IMG/VR virus record: IMGVR_UViG_3300046822_000192
Strand: one strand, 5' to 3'
DNA: 64,000 bases
Source: an uncultured virus (IMG/VR IMGVR_UViG_3300046822_000192)
Taxonomy: Duplodnaviria; Heunggongvirae; Uroviricota; Caudoviricetes
Part shown: positions 1-9,838 of the stretch, piece by piece
Position numbering within the stretch: position 1 is the stretch's first letter
Layout: the number at the start of each line of letters is the position of its first letter
The notes under the pieces: generated by a model
Seen by the model: the letters and a program-made list of their open reading frames with translations, nothing else
What the model was told of the DNA's origin: nothing
Database searches by the model: none
Translations under genes and position numbers: made by a program

Positions 1-807
1 ATCACCAATCCCGCACCTGCACTGTGGACCGTCGCAGGTATTACTCCCTGTGTTGTGCCCCGTCGAGCCGCAATCCTCGCACGCTTTATTGGCCCGGCTG
101 CCGTTAAGATTATTGGCCGTTTCCGCTATCCCCAAAACGGTGTCCGGAGCCTTCCCCGCGAGCTGTGATGCTTGAAGTGAGGCCATGACGGTACGGGCGA
201 CTATACCCTGGATATGCGCATTTACTTCCATCTTCGCCTTAGCAACGGTGTCTTCCATATGCTCGTTGAACTGATCGGCCACGAAGCTGAGATTACTCGT
301 CATGTTCATGCGAACCTGCTCTACTTGCCGGGAAAGTATCTCTCGCGCTTTTTTACCTGGAATGGCAGTCTCCAGCATCTTTTCAAGCTGGTCAAGCTTG
401 TCTAGCGCTACTTGGAGAGTTGCTGCGGATTCACGGGCGAATAGCGGCTTGACTTCCTGGACGGCTGCAATCTGCGGCACTTCTGTACCCTGAATGTGTT
501 CAAGCGTGCACTGGACCCCGCCAAAACTTGTATTAGGTGCTGACACGAAAGTTGCCCACTGCGCTTCTGACAGCTTCACGCAAATAAGTTCATCACCGGC
601 ATAAGACCAGTCTCGTGAAAGATCTCTCTGAATATCCGCTTTTCGAACGGTGATCTCCATATAGTTTTGGTGTTGTAAATCCGAGCCAAATAGCAGTGTG
701 CTACCGCAAACGCGTGCCGCTCCTACCATGGCATATGCCGGGTGCGTCTCGCGATAACCACGACCCGATTCTTCGATTTTGGGAAGCTCTGGTTGAGGTC
801 TCTTCAT
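1..807 (-). CDS. Conserved phage hypothetical protein, truncated by window edge
   Basis: Open frame from ATG 807 to base 1 (MKRPQPELPK...ETHPAYAMV...LFGSDLQH...LSEAQWATFVS); absent from ORF track because no stop is in the window. Confidence 0.75.
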   Translation of the reverse strand, partial: MKRPQPELPKIEESGRGYRETHPAYAMVGAARVCGSTLLFGSDLQHQNYMEITVRKADIQRDLSRDWSYAGDELICVKLSEAQWATFVSAPNTSFGGVQCTLEHIQGTEVPQIAAVQEVKPLFARESAATLQVALDKLDQLEKMLETAIPGKKAREILSRQVEQVRMNMTSNLSFVADQFNEHMEDTVAKAKMEVNAHIQGIVARTVMASLQASQLAGKAPDTVLGIAETANNLNGSRANKACEDCGSTGHNTGSNTCDGPQCRCGIGD

Positions 808-817
808 GCAAAAGATA

Positions 818-1873
818 CTACCTGAAACTGTGGAGAAACACAAGCTTATCTTTTTCCACGTCAAGTGTGATTGTATCGGCGGAGTCTACCTGATTGGTTA
901 AGATGATGTTTGACAGCTTCTGGACAACTTCCTGCTCGATTACACGGCGCAGTTCACGCGCACCATACTTCTTGCTGGTACCTTTGGCGAGAAGATACTC
1001 CTTAGCCGGAGGATTCCAGGACAGGATGAATATCGGGCATTGAGCCTGCGAACTTGCCATTGAGATGCGGTCCTGAATAGCCGCCATTTCACGGTTGAAA
1101 ATGAGACTGAGATCGTGTGGAGTGAGTTCATTAAATACGATAACTCGATCCAGACGATTCATGAATTCAGGAGAGAATTTTTTGTCGGCAGCGCCCCGGC
1201 TTATTTTGTCAATGTGATCCTTATCCGGAGTTTCGCTAGTAAAGCCGATCTGGCCATTGGACAATCTGGTTACCTCAGCCGCACCTAAATTCGATGTGAT
1301 AAATATCAGGGTACGTGAGAAGTCAACAGTACGGTTGTCGCCCGTGGTCAATCGGCCTTCCCAGAGAATCCCCAGCAGTAGCTGCCAGAGCGCGTCATTG
1401 GCTTTCTCGATCTCGTCGAAAAGTACAACACTAAGACGGTGTCGGCTATTTGAATACTGACGATCCAAAGCCTCTTGTGTCAATCTAGGAGCGGTCTCGC
1501 GATGCCCGATATAGCCGGGCGGTGAACCGATCAGTTTGGCAACATCGTGGCTGTGCTGAAATTCTCCGCAGTCGATGCGCACAAATTGTGTACTTCCGGA
1601 TAGCAGTTCTGAAGTAACTTCAGCAATTTTTGTCTTGCCGGTTCCTGTCGGGCCGAGTAGCAATATATTTGCGATAGGCCGGGTATTGGACGTCAAACCC
1701 GCCAAAGCTGTCTGGTATGCCATAATAACAGCATTGACAGCGTCCGGCTGTCCGAGAATTCTATTTTCAAGACTCTCTCTAAATGCCAAGACGGAATCGG
1801 ATGCTAGAGTAGGGTCTAGTTTAGCGTGAACGGTCTCCAACTTTGGGCGTGCAGGCACTTTAGCAACCGGCAT
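818..1873 (-). CDS. ClpA/ClpB-type AAA+ ATPase, C-terminal (D2) module only
   Basis: Walker A GPTGTGKT, pore loop GSPPGYIG, Walker B LFDEIEKA, PEFMNRLD, GARELRR; start at MPVAK after GGAGGT. Confidence 0.9.
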   Translation of the reverse strand: MPVAKVPARPKLETVHAKLDPTLASDSVLAFRESLENRILGQPDAVNAVIMAYQTALAGLTSNTRPIANILLLGPTGTGKTKIAEVTSELLSGSTQFVRIDCGEFQHSHDVAKLIGSPPGYIGHRETAPRLTQEALDRQYSNSRHRLSVVLFDEIEKANDALWQLLLGILWEGRLTTGDNRTVDFSRTLIFITSNLGAAEVTRLSNGQIGFTSETPDKDHIDKISRGAADKKFSPEFMNRLDRVIVFNELTPHDLSLIFNREMAAIQDRISMASSQAQCPIFILSWNPPAKEYLLAKGTSKKYGARELRRVIEQEVVQKLSNIILTNQVDSADTITLDVEKDKLVFLHSFR

Positions 1874-1970
1874 ATCAATTACCTCCGGAAAATAGCGCGG
1901 CTTCGTTGGCCGTGCAGAGCTAATCATAGACCTAGGTCTCTCTGGTAATAGAGGCATGATATGTTACACT

Positions 1971-2192
1971 TTACAATTGAACGGGTTGTGCACACTTAGT
2001 GTGGAATAGCGCCTCTTTAACAATCTCGTGACCAAATCCTCCTTCGTCCGAGATATAGCGTCGTGTAGATCGGCTACCAACTTTCTGTGCGTTTTCGCGT
2101 TTCGGATATTCCTTATCTCGAATTTCCAGGACAACGCGTGTAGCGGTTTCTCCGGGCTGGGACAATTGACGGCATTTTGCACATCTAAACAT
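1971..2192 (-). CDS. Small Zn-finger-like hypothetical protein
   Basis: CAKC and HTKC; overlaps end of upstream gene. Confidence 0.55.
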   Translation of the reverse strand: MFRCAKCRQLSQPGETATRVVLEIRDKEYPKRENAQKVGSRSTRRYISDEGGFGHEIVKEALFHTKCAQPVQL

Positions 2193-2790
2193 CAGTAAAC
2201 TCCTCAGTGGTTAAATCTTTTTCGAGCATTAGTGCTTCAATTTTCGCTACTTCGTCAGGATCTTCGGGAAGCATGTAGCGTTCACACAACCGCGTATACC
2301 GTTTTCTGGTGAGTCCTGGAATGTTTGAGTGTAACAGCCGGATCGGTTCTACCAACAACGTAGTCTCCGGAAGTACTGTGAGTATGCCACCCTGATTATA
2401 GGCAACGCAGTGCACGGACAGGTCAAAGTCTCGGAGTAAGTCTTCGACAGTCATAAACGGGCTGGCAATGAGCTGCACCGGCAAGCCGATAACTTTCATA
2501 GGGATATCAACAACGACATTGAAATGACCGTCTACGGCGCTGTCTGTCTCGATAGTTTCAGGATCTTTGACGAAAGTTTTGTCGGTACGAAATTTTACTT
2601 TCTTTGCCGCCAGGAACGTCCGCAATTGCGCCTCGAACGCCTCAATTTTCTCTTCATCATTGAGACCGAGAACGAACACATCAATATCACTGGCGGTTGT
2701 AATGTTTACCGCTGCGCCTCCGGCGACATAAGCTGTATTGCGATAGTCTGGCGGTAGAAGTGTGAATGCCTTTGCAATCAACGGGTGCAT
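2185..2790 (-). CDS. Nucleotidyltransferase, poly(A) polymerase/CCA-adding head-domain-like
   Basis: YVAGGAA...SDIDVF and RDFDLSVHCVAY motifs. Confidence 0.65.
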   Translation of the reverse strand: MHPLIAKAFTLLPPDYRNTAYVAGGAAVNITTASDIDVFVLGLNDEEKIEAFEAQLRTFLAAKKVKFRTDKTFVKDPETIETDSAVDGHFNVVVDIPMKVIGLPVQLIASPFMTVEDLLRDFDLSVHCVAYNQGGILTVLPETTLLVEPIRLLHSNIPGLTRKRYTRLCERYMLPEDPDEVAKIEALMLEKDLTTEEFTDV

Positions 2791-3131
2791 CGAATCTCCT
2801 TCATGACTTGTGCTTGGCGTTTTGCAAACTCGCGATCGGATTCCTGCTCGAATACAGACAAGCTGGCCGACTGTTTATCGCGTCTGGACTGCTCCAAACG
2901 AGTTTTCATCATTACAAACTCTCGAATTTTTCGAAATATTCTGTGCATAAGACGGCTAATCATACTCGATTGTATCCTCCGTTACAAGTCCATTTTTTTC
3001 ATTCCTGATACGGTTACAGACATAACACAGATAATTGAATCGCGCCAATTCTCTATAACTCAACTCAACGCCGCAATGTTCACAGCATCTGAGTTTCTTC
3101 AAAACAGTTTTGTTCTCTACTTTAGGCATAT

Positions 3132-4067
3132 TTATAACGCTCTCCGGTCCGGCCCGTAGAACTGGCGTGGATTAGTAAGCATCGTTTCAAATGCTCGGTA
3201 AACACGTAAATCGGGATCATAAAGTTTCGGTTTGCTTTGCTGGAAGGAGTCTGTTGTGTATATGGTATCGAAGTCTTCCAGGGCATGTAGTCCTTCTGGG
3301 AAAATACCGTGTGTTGCATACAGTCCGATGTTGAGCATTTCATCCCCAAATTGCTTCTGAATAGCCGCACCAATAGCATCGAATACGAATACACTACCGC
3401 CGATGCATTGATTGGTGATCATTAGCAGATGATCGGAGTGGAATTTGCTGCGGTCGGGAATATCGAAGCCGGTGAGTTCTCCGGCATCATTGAAGCGGTC
3501 TATAACGAAATGCTGTTTGATGCGGAGGCCTGCGGCGCTGCGCGGAAACAGTTTGTAGCGTCTGGCTGTCATTTCATCCTGGAAAAGAATATCAATACGA
3601 TCGGTCTCCTGCGCGAAATGATCAATGGACTGCATAAGGATACTGTCCGGCTTGACATTGTGAAAGTTCATGATCCAGTTGCCTGCAACTTGCGGATTAT
3701 AAGCATCCAGGGCAATCACGGCGCTGAATTGCGCGGTATTCAGAAGATTGCTGAAGGTACAGAGTCCGTGGCTATCTCCGTTGCTAAAGCGCTTGATAGC
3801 GTGTGAGTATGGCAGGTAGGGCGTCATGAGGACCTGACTAGCCTGCGGTTTTATACCTCGAAGGGCATCCGATAGCTGCAACAGGCCGATAATCGTGGCG
3901 TGCATGTTTTCATGTAGTCTGCACATGATGATGATTTCGTCGGCTTCGAGAATATTCTGATGATATTGCTCGCGAATTCGTATCTGCAGTTCTCCGGCAG
4001 GGGAATGGCTAATATCGTAAGCTTTATCAGATTCCCGGTTCAAGCTGAAATCAATTACAAATCTCAC
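3132..4067 (-). CDS. prs: Ribose-phosphate pyrophosphokinase-like protein with divergent motifs
   Basis: PAGELQIRI, PYLPYS, LYATHGIF, IYTTDS; canonical VDDIcdtG appears as ITNQCIGG. Confidence 0.75.
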   Translation of the reverse strand: MRFVIDFSLNRESDKAYDISHSPAGELQIRIREQYHQNILEADEIIIMCRLHENMHATIIGLLQLSDALRGIKPQASQVLMTPYLPYSHAIKRFSNGDSHGLCTFSNLLNTAQFSAVIALDAYNPQVAGNWIMNFHNVKPDSILMQSIDHFAQETDRIDILFQDEMTARRYKLFPRSAAGLRIKQHFVIDRFNDAGELTGFDIPDRSKFHSDHLLMITNQCIGGSVFVFDAIGAAIQKQFGDEMLNIGLYATHGIFPEGLHALEDFDTIYTTDSFQQSKPKLYDPDLRVYRAFETMLTNPRQFYGPDRRAL

Positions 4068-4183
4068 TTGTGATCCTCTTTGATTAGGTCGGACATCCCC
4101 AGAATGAGGATGCCCAGACCTAGGAAAGCCAGAACTAGCTCGAACACGATCAAAGCTGTGAGCGCCAGTCTAGCGTGGAACAT

Positions 4184-4843
4184 CTAAAAATAACACTCTT
4201 GAATAAGGCCCATTCGATGTTGCGTTGGCAGAATGAGCATTTCCCGCTTAAGGTGATCCGCCATACGCTGGGCAGCTTCGTATACATGTGGGATATCGAT
4301 ATCATCCACTAGAATAGAGCCGCCATCTGCAACCATTACAGAGGCAATATGCAGCTCGCGAAGAATTCCAGTTTCGGAGTGGTCGCCATCGACATGCACG
4401 AGATCGAAAGCACTATTTACGGACTTCGCCAGTGCTAGAATATTCAATGTCTGTGTATTCAGGTTGAGCTGGTACAGATCGGCAGATACACCTGTAAGAA
4501 TATTGTCGCGTGCGATGCTGTTGCATGGATGACCATCCACCTCGCCATCGATAGAGACCAGCTGCGGTTTCCGAGTACCGGCAGATACCGCACCTTTGGC
4601 CATGGCCAGTAGACTGTAACCGAATCGCGTGCCAAGTTCCAGAATACGGTGCGGTTCCAGAATACGGTGCGGGCATAATTGCCTGCCTACAGCGTAATAC
4701 CACGCATATGTGGCAAACTCGTTGTCGATCCATGCGGCATCGCACTCTTGAACTGCCGAACCGAGAATGTCACGATTCGATCCGGCGATTGCCATATCCA
4801 TAGCAAGATTTTGCAGGGTTACTGGGCTGGAGACGCCTATCAT
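4184..4843 (-). CDS. Class I SAM methyltransferase (Methyltransf_24-like)
   Basis: ILELGTRFGYS, FDLVHVDGDH, ILVDD; ATGA overlap with upstream peptide gene. Confidence 0.85.
   Translation of the reverse strand: MIGVSSPVTLQNLAMDMAIAGSNRDILGSAVQECDAAWIDNEFATYAWYYAVGRQLCPHRILEPHRILELGTRFGYSLLAMAKGAVSAGTRKPQLVSIDGEVDGHPCNSIARDNILTGVSADLYQLNLNTQTLNILALAKSVNSAFDLVHVDGDHSETGILRELHIASVMVADGGSILVDDIDIPHVYEAAQRMADHLKREMLILPTQHRMGLIQECYF
4636..4671. repeat. Perfect 18-bp tandem duplication (PHRILE x2)
   Basis: GTTCCAGAATACGGTGCG at 4636-4653 and 4654-4671. Confidence 0.95.
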
Positions 4844-4986
4844 GCTGTTTTCATCTTCCGCTTGCAGCCGCACTTCGAGTAACGCTTGCAGCCGCAGTTG
4901 TCACAATTGAATTCCGGCGACTTTGCCGTAACTCGCCGCAGTTTCTTGAGTCCACGTTCCTGTGTAAGTCTTGAATTATCAGCCAT
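4840..4986 (-). CDS. 48-aa basic Cys-rich peptide
   Basis: MADNSRLTQERGLKKLRRVTAKSPEFNCDNCGCKRYSKCGCKRKMKTA; AAGGAG RBS; below ORF-track cutoff. Confidence 0.65.
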   Translation of the reverse strand: MADNSRLTQERGLKKLRRVTAKSPEFNCDNCGCKRYSKCGCKRKMKTA

Positions 4987-5037
4987 TTACAACTCTCCTT
5001 GGTCAATGATGTACAATAGTACTGGATAGGACACGAT

Positions 5038-5700
5038 ATGTCAACAGAAATCGATACAGATAATTCGGAATTTGATGCGCTGGTTGCGAATGCGGAACGG
5101 GAAGCTGCGGTAGAGGCGGCAATAAACTCTCCGAAGCCGGTAAAGTGGGAGACGCCTGTTCCAGTGCCGGTTAAGAGTGCAATCCAACGAGCGCGTCAGG
5201 TTAAGTTCCTACAAGCTTTCTCCGAGTCCGGCAACATCACAGCTGCCTGCAAGGCGATCGGTGTGAATGTTACTACACAACGTCGCTGGCATGAAGATCC
5301 GTGGTATGCGGGGCAGTTTAAAGATGCTGTAGCAGCCTATCAGGATGTGTTACAGGAAGAGATCCATAATCGCGCTGTCAAAGGTGAGCAAGTTCCTATT
5401 ATCGGTCGTGTGGCCGTTGCACCGGGCATGGTCGAAGATCGTATTATCGGCTACAAGACTGTCAAGAGTGACATTCTGTTGATGTTTCACAGTAAGCGTC
5501 ACATACCGGAATATCGGGATGATTATAAGCCGCAGAAAGAGGAAGTGGCGCAAGTTGCGGAGTCTCCACTGGTGCGCATCACACTGCGTTTGGATATGAT
5601 GGACAATCGGCTGAATGTAGCCGTGCCGACTGGTGCAATTGATGTTACTCCGGAGCGTGCTCTGCTTCCAGAAAGTACAGAGCCGCAGGATGCCCAGTAA
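5038..5700 (+). CDS. terS: Terminase small subunit (putative)
   Basis: HTH FLQAFSESGNITAACKAIGV; directly upstream of and overlapping TerL. Confidence 0.75.
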   Translation: MSTEIDTDNSEFDALVANAEREAAVEAAINSPKPVKWETPVPVPVKSAIQRARQVKFLQAFSESGNITAACKAIGVNVTTQRRWHEDPWYAGQFKDAVAAYQDVLQEEIHNRAVKGEQVPIIGRVAVAPGMVEDRIIGYKTVKSDILLMFHSKRHIPEYRDDYKPQKEEVAQVAESPLVRITLRLDMMDNRLNVAVPTGAIDVTPERALLPESTEPQDAQ

Positions 5701-7216
5701 ATACATAGACGGTCCCGAAGAGAAGCCGCAGGACGTTATCAATCGTGTTGTTCGCTATCTTGCGAATCAATACCCTTCCAAGTCTCCATCTGAAGCTCTG
5801 AAAACTCTCGGCAAGAACTATCGCGATGCATGGCTGAAATCGCTGTCTGAAGCAGAGCTGCAAGCACTAGAATACGACTGGAATTTCTGGGCTAGACCAA
5901 ATCAGCGGGAACCGAAGGTAAAATATAAAATCCTCTTGTTACTTGCCGGAAGAGGATATGGAAAAACCAGAACTGCTGCCGAGACTGTGCGCGGCTGGGT
6001 AGAGTCTGGCGAGCGCAGACACATTGCATTAATCGGTGCGAATGCCGCAGACGTACGCGATACGATGGTTGAGCCTATCTACAAACAAGGTTCCGGCATT
6101 ATGCAGATTTGCCCACCGTGGAACATGCCGCACTATTCTCCAACAAAGAAAACTATTGTCTGGACGAATCCAAATTACAAGAGCTACGGGGCTGTCTGCT
6201 CGCTCTATTCGGGTGAAGAACCGGACGGTCTGCGCGGCCCCTCACACGATGCGGCTTGGATTGATGAATGGGCGAAAATGAAGTATGGCGAAACCGTCAT
6301 GCAAATGTTGAAGTTTACTCTTCGACGTGGAGAGAATCCGAAGACAGTTATCTCGACAACTCCGAAGCGTGTTCAGTTTCTCATTGACATGCTCAAAATG
6401 GCGGAGGAATCTAAGGCAGATGGTACGAATGACATTATCGTCGTGCGCGGAAATACATATGAGAACCGTGCCAACCTCGCGTCTGAATTTATTTTGGATA
6501 TTAATCAGCAATACGAAGGTACAACGCTGGGACGCCAGGAGATCTATGCCGATCTTGTAATTGACGCGGACGGGGCATTGTGGACTCTCGGACTGATTGA
6601 CATGTTCCGTATCAAAGATCCCGCATTAGTGCCGTCGATGCGCAAAATTGTTATCGCGATTGACCCACAAACTGGGTATAAAGTTGACAAGGAAATTCCA
6701 GTCTCCAAACTGCGCGTTGTGGCACGATCGACAATGACCGGTATTGTAGCTGTCGGACTTGGCATCACACCGAAAGGTATGCTGCCGCATGCTTATGTTC
6801 TGGATGATGCATCCATCAATGGTAAGCCGGAAGAGTGGGGTGCGCAGGCTGTGCGGTTATATCATCGCTACTCTCGGGTAACTCCGACAATTTTAATTGC
6901 TGAAGGTAATCAGGGTGGTGAAATGATTCGTTCCGTGATCCAGTCTGTTGATCGTAATGTACCGGTCCAGCTTGTAACCGCGAAAGTCAAGAAGCACGAA
7001 CGTGCAATTCCAGTTGTCGCGAAATATCAGAAAGGTCAGGTGCACCATCTTGGTGTACTTGCCGATTTGGAAACCGAGCAATGTCTATACGAGCCTGGAG
7101 ATGAAGATAGTAAGATGTCACCGAACCGTATGGATGCTCTAGTATGGGCAGTGCGCCATATACTTGTAGACGGTTTGCGTGCAGGAGCCGGAATCGCGCT
7201 CAGTCGGAGAGTTTAG
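5690..7216 (+). CDS. terL: Terminase large subunit
   Basis: WARPNQ, AGRGYGKT, LRGPSHDAAWIDE, IAIDP, AEGNQGGE, SPNRMDALVWA. Confidence 0.95.
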   Translation: MPSKYIDGPEEKPQDVINRVVRYLANQYPSKSPSEALKTLGKNYRDAWLKSLSEAELQALEYDWNFWARPNQREPKVKYKILLLLAGRGYGKTRTAAETVRGWVESGERRHIALIGANAADVRDTMVEPIYKQGSGIMQICPPWNMPHYSPTKKTIVWTNPNYKSYGAVCSLYSGEEPDGLRGPSHDAAWIDEWAKMKYGETVMQMLKFTLRRGENPKTVISTTPKRVQFLIDMLKMAEESKADGTNDIIVVRGNTYENRANLASEFILDINQQYEGTTLGRQEIYADLVIDADGALWTLGLIDMFRIKDPALVPSMRKIVIAIDPQTGYKVDKEIPVSKLRVVARSTMTGIVAVGLGITPKGMLPHAYVLDDASINGKPEEWGAQAVRLYHRYSRVTPTILIAEGNQGGEMIRSVIQSVDRNVPVQLVTAKVKKHERAIPVVAKYQKGQVHHLGVLADLETEQCLYEPGDEDSKMSPNRMDALVWAVRHILVDGLRAGAGIALSRRV

Positions 7217-7454
7217 TTTCACTTGATTGCAGTTCTTTGTGAAGTCTGACGTACTCTGACTTTCTTGGCTCGTTTAAATACTGTAGCTCTTTACCGCAGT
7301 ATTGCGCGTCAATCCCACTCCCACACTCACAGCGTGTAACGGTATCGTAACCCTCACTAGGGTTTTCACCGCGCTGTCGCATAATCTCACAGGTGTGGCA
7401 TGGTCCGGGTGAGCCGCTGTAACCGTGCCAGTAGCAATCAGCCACGTGGTGCAC
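7200..7454 (-). CDS. Cys-rich hypothetical protein
   Basis: ORF in tightly packed minus-strand cluster. Confidence 0.5.
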   Translation of the reverse strand: MHHVADCYWHGYSGSPGPCHTCEIMRQRGENPSEGYDTVTRCECGSGIDAQYCGKELQYLNEPRKSEYVRLHKELQSSETKLSD

Positions 7455-7704
7455 CTTCGGCGTTCTTGATGGCTTCCTTGGCGCGCTGAATTAATAGCCG
7501 TGCGTCCTTGTGCGGGGTTTCAGCCATCTCGACAAAATCCTTGCACGCCTCCAGCAAATCCGGTGCGGCGGAGATCAGGCAGGCGTTGGCTTGCCTGATC
7601 TCTTCATTGTATTCCACGCCAGCGAGATCGGCCTGTGCGATGACACGATCTCCGGCCCAGATTAAGACTCCATCGCTATGCCACGGTGCAGGAGTGTGCT
7701 TCAT
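7438..7704 (-). CDS. Conserved phage hypothetical protein (KHTPAPW...ANACLISAAPDLLEA type)
   Basis: Recurrent phage motif; GGAGG RBS. Confidence 0.75.
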   Translation of the reverse strand: MKHTPAPWHSDGVLIWAGDRVIAQADLAGVEYNEEIRQANACLISAAPDLLEACKDFVEMAETPHKDARLLIQRAKEAIKNAEGAPRG

Positions 7705-8321
7705 TTTCCCTCCAGTTCTTTCAAGGCCGACTTCCAGCAGTCGCATGGTCTTCCGCTATACCAAAACGAGCAAATCTCTGCATGTTCTCTCTCCTCGATA
7801 AACCTCCTCACCCTCGCCAACCGCTGCTCGGCCTTAACCAACTGCGGCGAATGGTGCATGCACACATCTCCGGGTTTGTCATAGGAGCACGCGCAACTTC
7901 CATGCGGGGCCAAGGACTTGACCTTCTCGGACATCGCTTCCGCTGACTTCTCGGCTTCGATGCTGCGGAGTAAGAACCCCTTACACTTCTCGTCGGCAAG
8001 TGCCTGCGATCCAGCCACTTGACCTGCGAGTTCGGTGACGCGGGATTCAGCTTTAACCGTTCGTAGTTGAAGCTCTTGGACGTTTATTAGCAAGTTCTCT
8101 TCGCAGCCCATAGACTCGTAGATATATTCAAGTTCTTCCAAGTAAGGCATCGCCTCTTTAATTTTGGATTCAGCCTGCTCCGCTTTGGCAACCGTATCGG
8201 CAATGGTAACTTGGATGTTTTTACGGAGAGCTTGGCATTTGGTGTCAGGCCAGCCTTGCGCACAGGAACAATGACGAACATGAACACTCTCTAACAACAG
8301 CATATTTAACTTTTCACTCAT
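7701..8321 (-). CDS. Coiled-coil hypothetical protein with C-terminal H..C..CxCWK module
   Basis: ORF track; overlaps downstream gene. Confidence 0.7.
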   Translation of the reverse strand: MSEKLNMLLLESVHVRHCSCAQGWPDTKCQALRKNIQVTIADTVAKAEQAESKIKEAMPYLEELEYIYESMGCEENLLINVQELQLRTVKAESRVTELAGQVAGSQALADEKCKGFLLRSIEAEKSAEAMSEKVKSLAPHGSCACSYDKPGDVCMHHSPQLVKAEQRLARVRRFIEEREHAEICSFWYSGRPCDCWKSALKELEGK

Positions 8322-8426
8322 GCATTTTTCCTCGGCAGAATCTTTTCAAACAATCTCCACTGTTCAGCAATTCGATTCTTTCGTGTCACCGTGCCTCCTT
8401 CTCGATAAGCGCGAGTGCGGCCTCAG

Positions 8427-8975
8427 TCATTCCAATTCCTTCACGGCCTCAGTTCCATCCTCAATTGCGTTCAGGCACATCTTGTCGAGAAAAAGAGCCA
8501 GTGGCGTTGTGCCATCTTCCTCTTCGCGTTCGATCTCGCGGATTAAATCTTTCGTGAACTGTTCAGGATCAGTGATTGACCACAGCCGCTTAAAATCATC
8601 AAGCGTCTCGTCGAAAGGATTGTTCACTTCCATTTCCTCGGCGGCAAAGGCGATCACGTTCACGCCGATCCGTATGACGAGACATCCATCTTCAACAGTT
8701 ATCTTGAGCGGAGTATCGGCATTTTTTTCTTCCCACGATTCCATGTCAGTCTCCTGTCCTGCGCGGGATTCGGCGGCGGCGAGCTTGGAGGTTAAATCTA
8801 TCCAATCACCTAGTTTTTTACCCGCCACATTCAGATCGCGGAGTTCTTGATTAGCGCGCTGCGCCTGCTTCAACTCGGCGCGGAGTGCGTCGATTTCGTC
8901 ATGAAGGCATCTAACGCAGAGTGGGATTGGGTTGCCATGTTTACAGAATTTCTCTTCTTCCGCTGACAGTCTCAT
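8427..8975 (-). CDS. Hypothetical protein (MRLSAEEE start family)
   Basis: GGAG RBS; start region shared with 9157-9606. Confidence 0.7.
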   Translation of the reverse strand: MRLSAEEEKFCKHGNPIPLCVRCLHDEIDALRAELKQAQRANQELRDLNVAGKKLGDWIDLTSKLAAAESRAGQETDMESWEEKNADTPLKITVEDGCLVIRIGVNVIAFAAEEMEVNNPFDETLDDFKRLWSITDPEQFTKDLIREIEREEEDGTTPLALFLDKMCLNAIEDGTEAVKELE

Positions 8976-8987
8976 GCGTTTTTCTCC
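8963..8987. repeat. 25-bp RBS+start repeat, copy 1
   Basis: CTGACAGTCTCATGCGTTTTTCTCC, identical at 9594-9618. Confidence 0.95.
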
Positions 8988-9160
8988 TGGAAGACTGAGT
9001 AAAATAAGCAGGAAGCGCCGATTATAAGGACAACTACTGTAACCTGCCAACTATTCACGTGATCGTAGATCCACCCTAAGAATAAGGGGGTGATGCCGAT
9101 CCGAAAGAGTACCCAGTACAGTAAAATAATTCCGATATCTCTGAAAATGAGCTTCTTCAT
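8972..9160 (-). CDS. Small membrane protein (2 TM)
   Basis: Two hydrophobic segments; ATGA overlaps at both ends. Confidence 0.65.
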   Translation of the reverse strand: MKKLIFRDIGIILLYWVLFRIGITPLFLGWIYDHVNSWQVTVVVLIIGASCLFYSVFQEKNA

Positions 9161-9606
9161 TGTAGTTCTTTCACGGCTGCGGCCTTCCAACAGTTACAAT
9201 GGTCTGCATATCTGTGAACTAGACCACAACCAAACCCGGAATTGTCATGTGGTGCTTTGTCGATAATCTCCCTCACCTTCACCAACCGCTGCTCGGACTG
9301 CTCGGCGCGACGTGCATTTTTCTTTGCTTCATTCCGAACATTGTCAAGGCAGTCCTGTGTCTGCTTCAGCTCGGCTTGAAGTTCACGAATGTGTGAACCA
9401 TGGGCCTGACAGTCGGCAAGGAGCGTATCAATTTGCTCATTCTCTTGCTTCAACTCCTCGCGAACGGCGTCCAGTTCGGAGAGTAATTCCTGGATTGTGC
9501 AGCCGATACACCGACAAGGTTGCGGATATACAGGATGCGTCATTCCGGTCCGCAATGTAGTCGTTACGATTTTCAACTCCGCTTCACGTTCCACTGACAG
9601 TCTCAT
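9157..9606 (-). CDS. Coiled-coil hypothetical protein with C-terminal H..C..CxCWK module
   Basis: GGAG RBS; similar segments to 7701 and 8427 ORFs. Confidence 0.7.
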   Translation of the reverse strand: MRLSVEREAELKIVTTTLRTGMTHPVYPQPCRCIGCTIQELLSELDAVREELKQENEQIDTLLADCQAHGSHIRELQAELKQTQDCLDNVRNEAKKNARRAEQSEQRLVKVREIIDKAPHDNSGFGCGLVHRYADHCNCWKAAAVKELQ

Positions 9607-9618
9607 GCGTTTTTCTCC
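9594..9618. repeat. 25-bp RBS+start repeat, copy 2
   Basis: Identical to 8963-8987. Confidence 0.95.
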
Positions 9619-9640
9619 AGATTTATCGTGAGTCTCTCGG

Positions 9641-9838
9641 TCATGGCTTTACGAACTCGCCGGTATCGAGTCGCAATCCGTACGAATTATCGAGTTGATA
9701 TTTCTTCACGAGTTGCGCTACTTCGAATTCAGGATCACCCATCGGGCGACCACCGGATAAGAACATGCCTGAGCATTCCTGCGCGGTCTTTACTGCTTCC
9801 AATTCTTCCTTTGTGATGAAAATGCCAGTATTGGTCAT
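9641..9838 (-). CDS. Hypothetical protein
   Basis: GAGGAG RBS, ATGA overlap. Confidence 0.65.
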   Translation of the reverse strand: MTNTGIFITKEELEAVKTAQECSGMFLSGGRPMGDPEFEVAQLVKKYQLDNSYGLRLDTGEFVKP

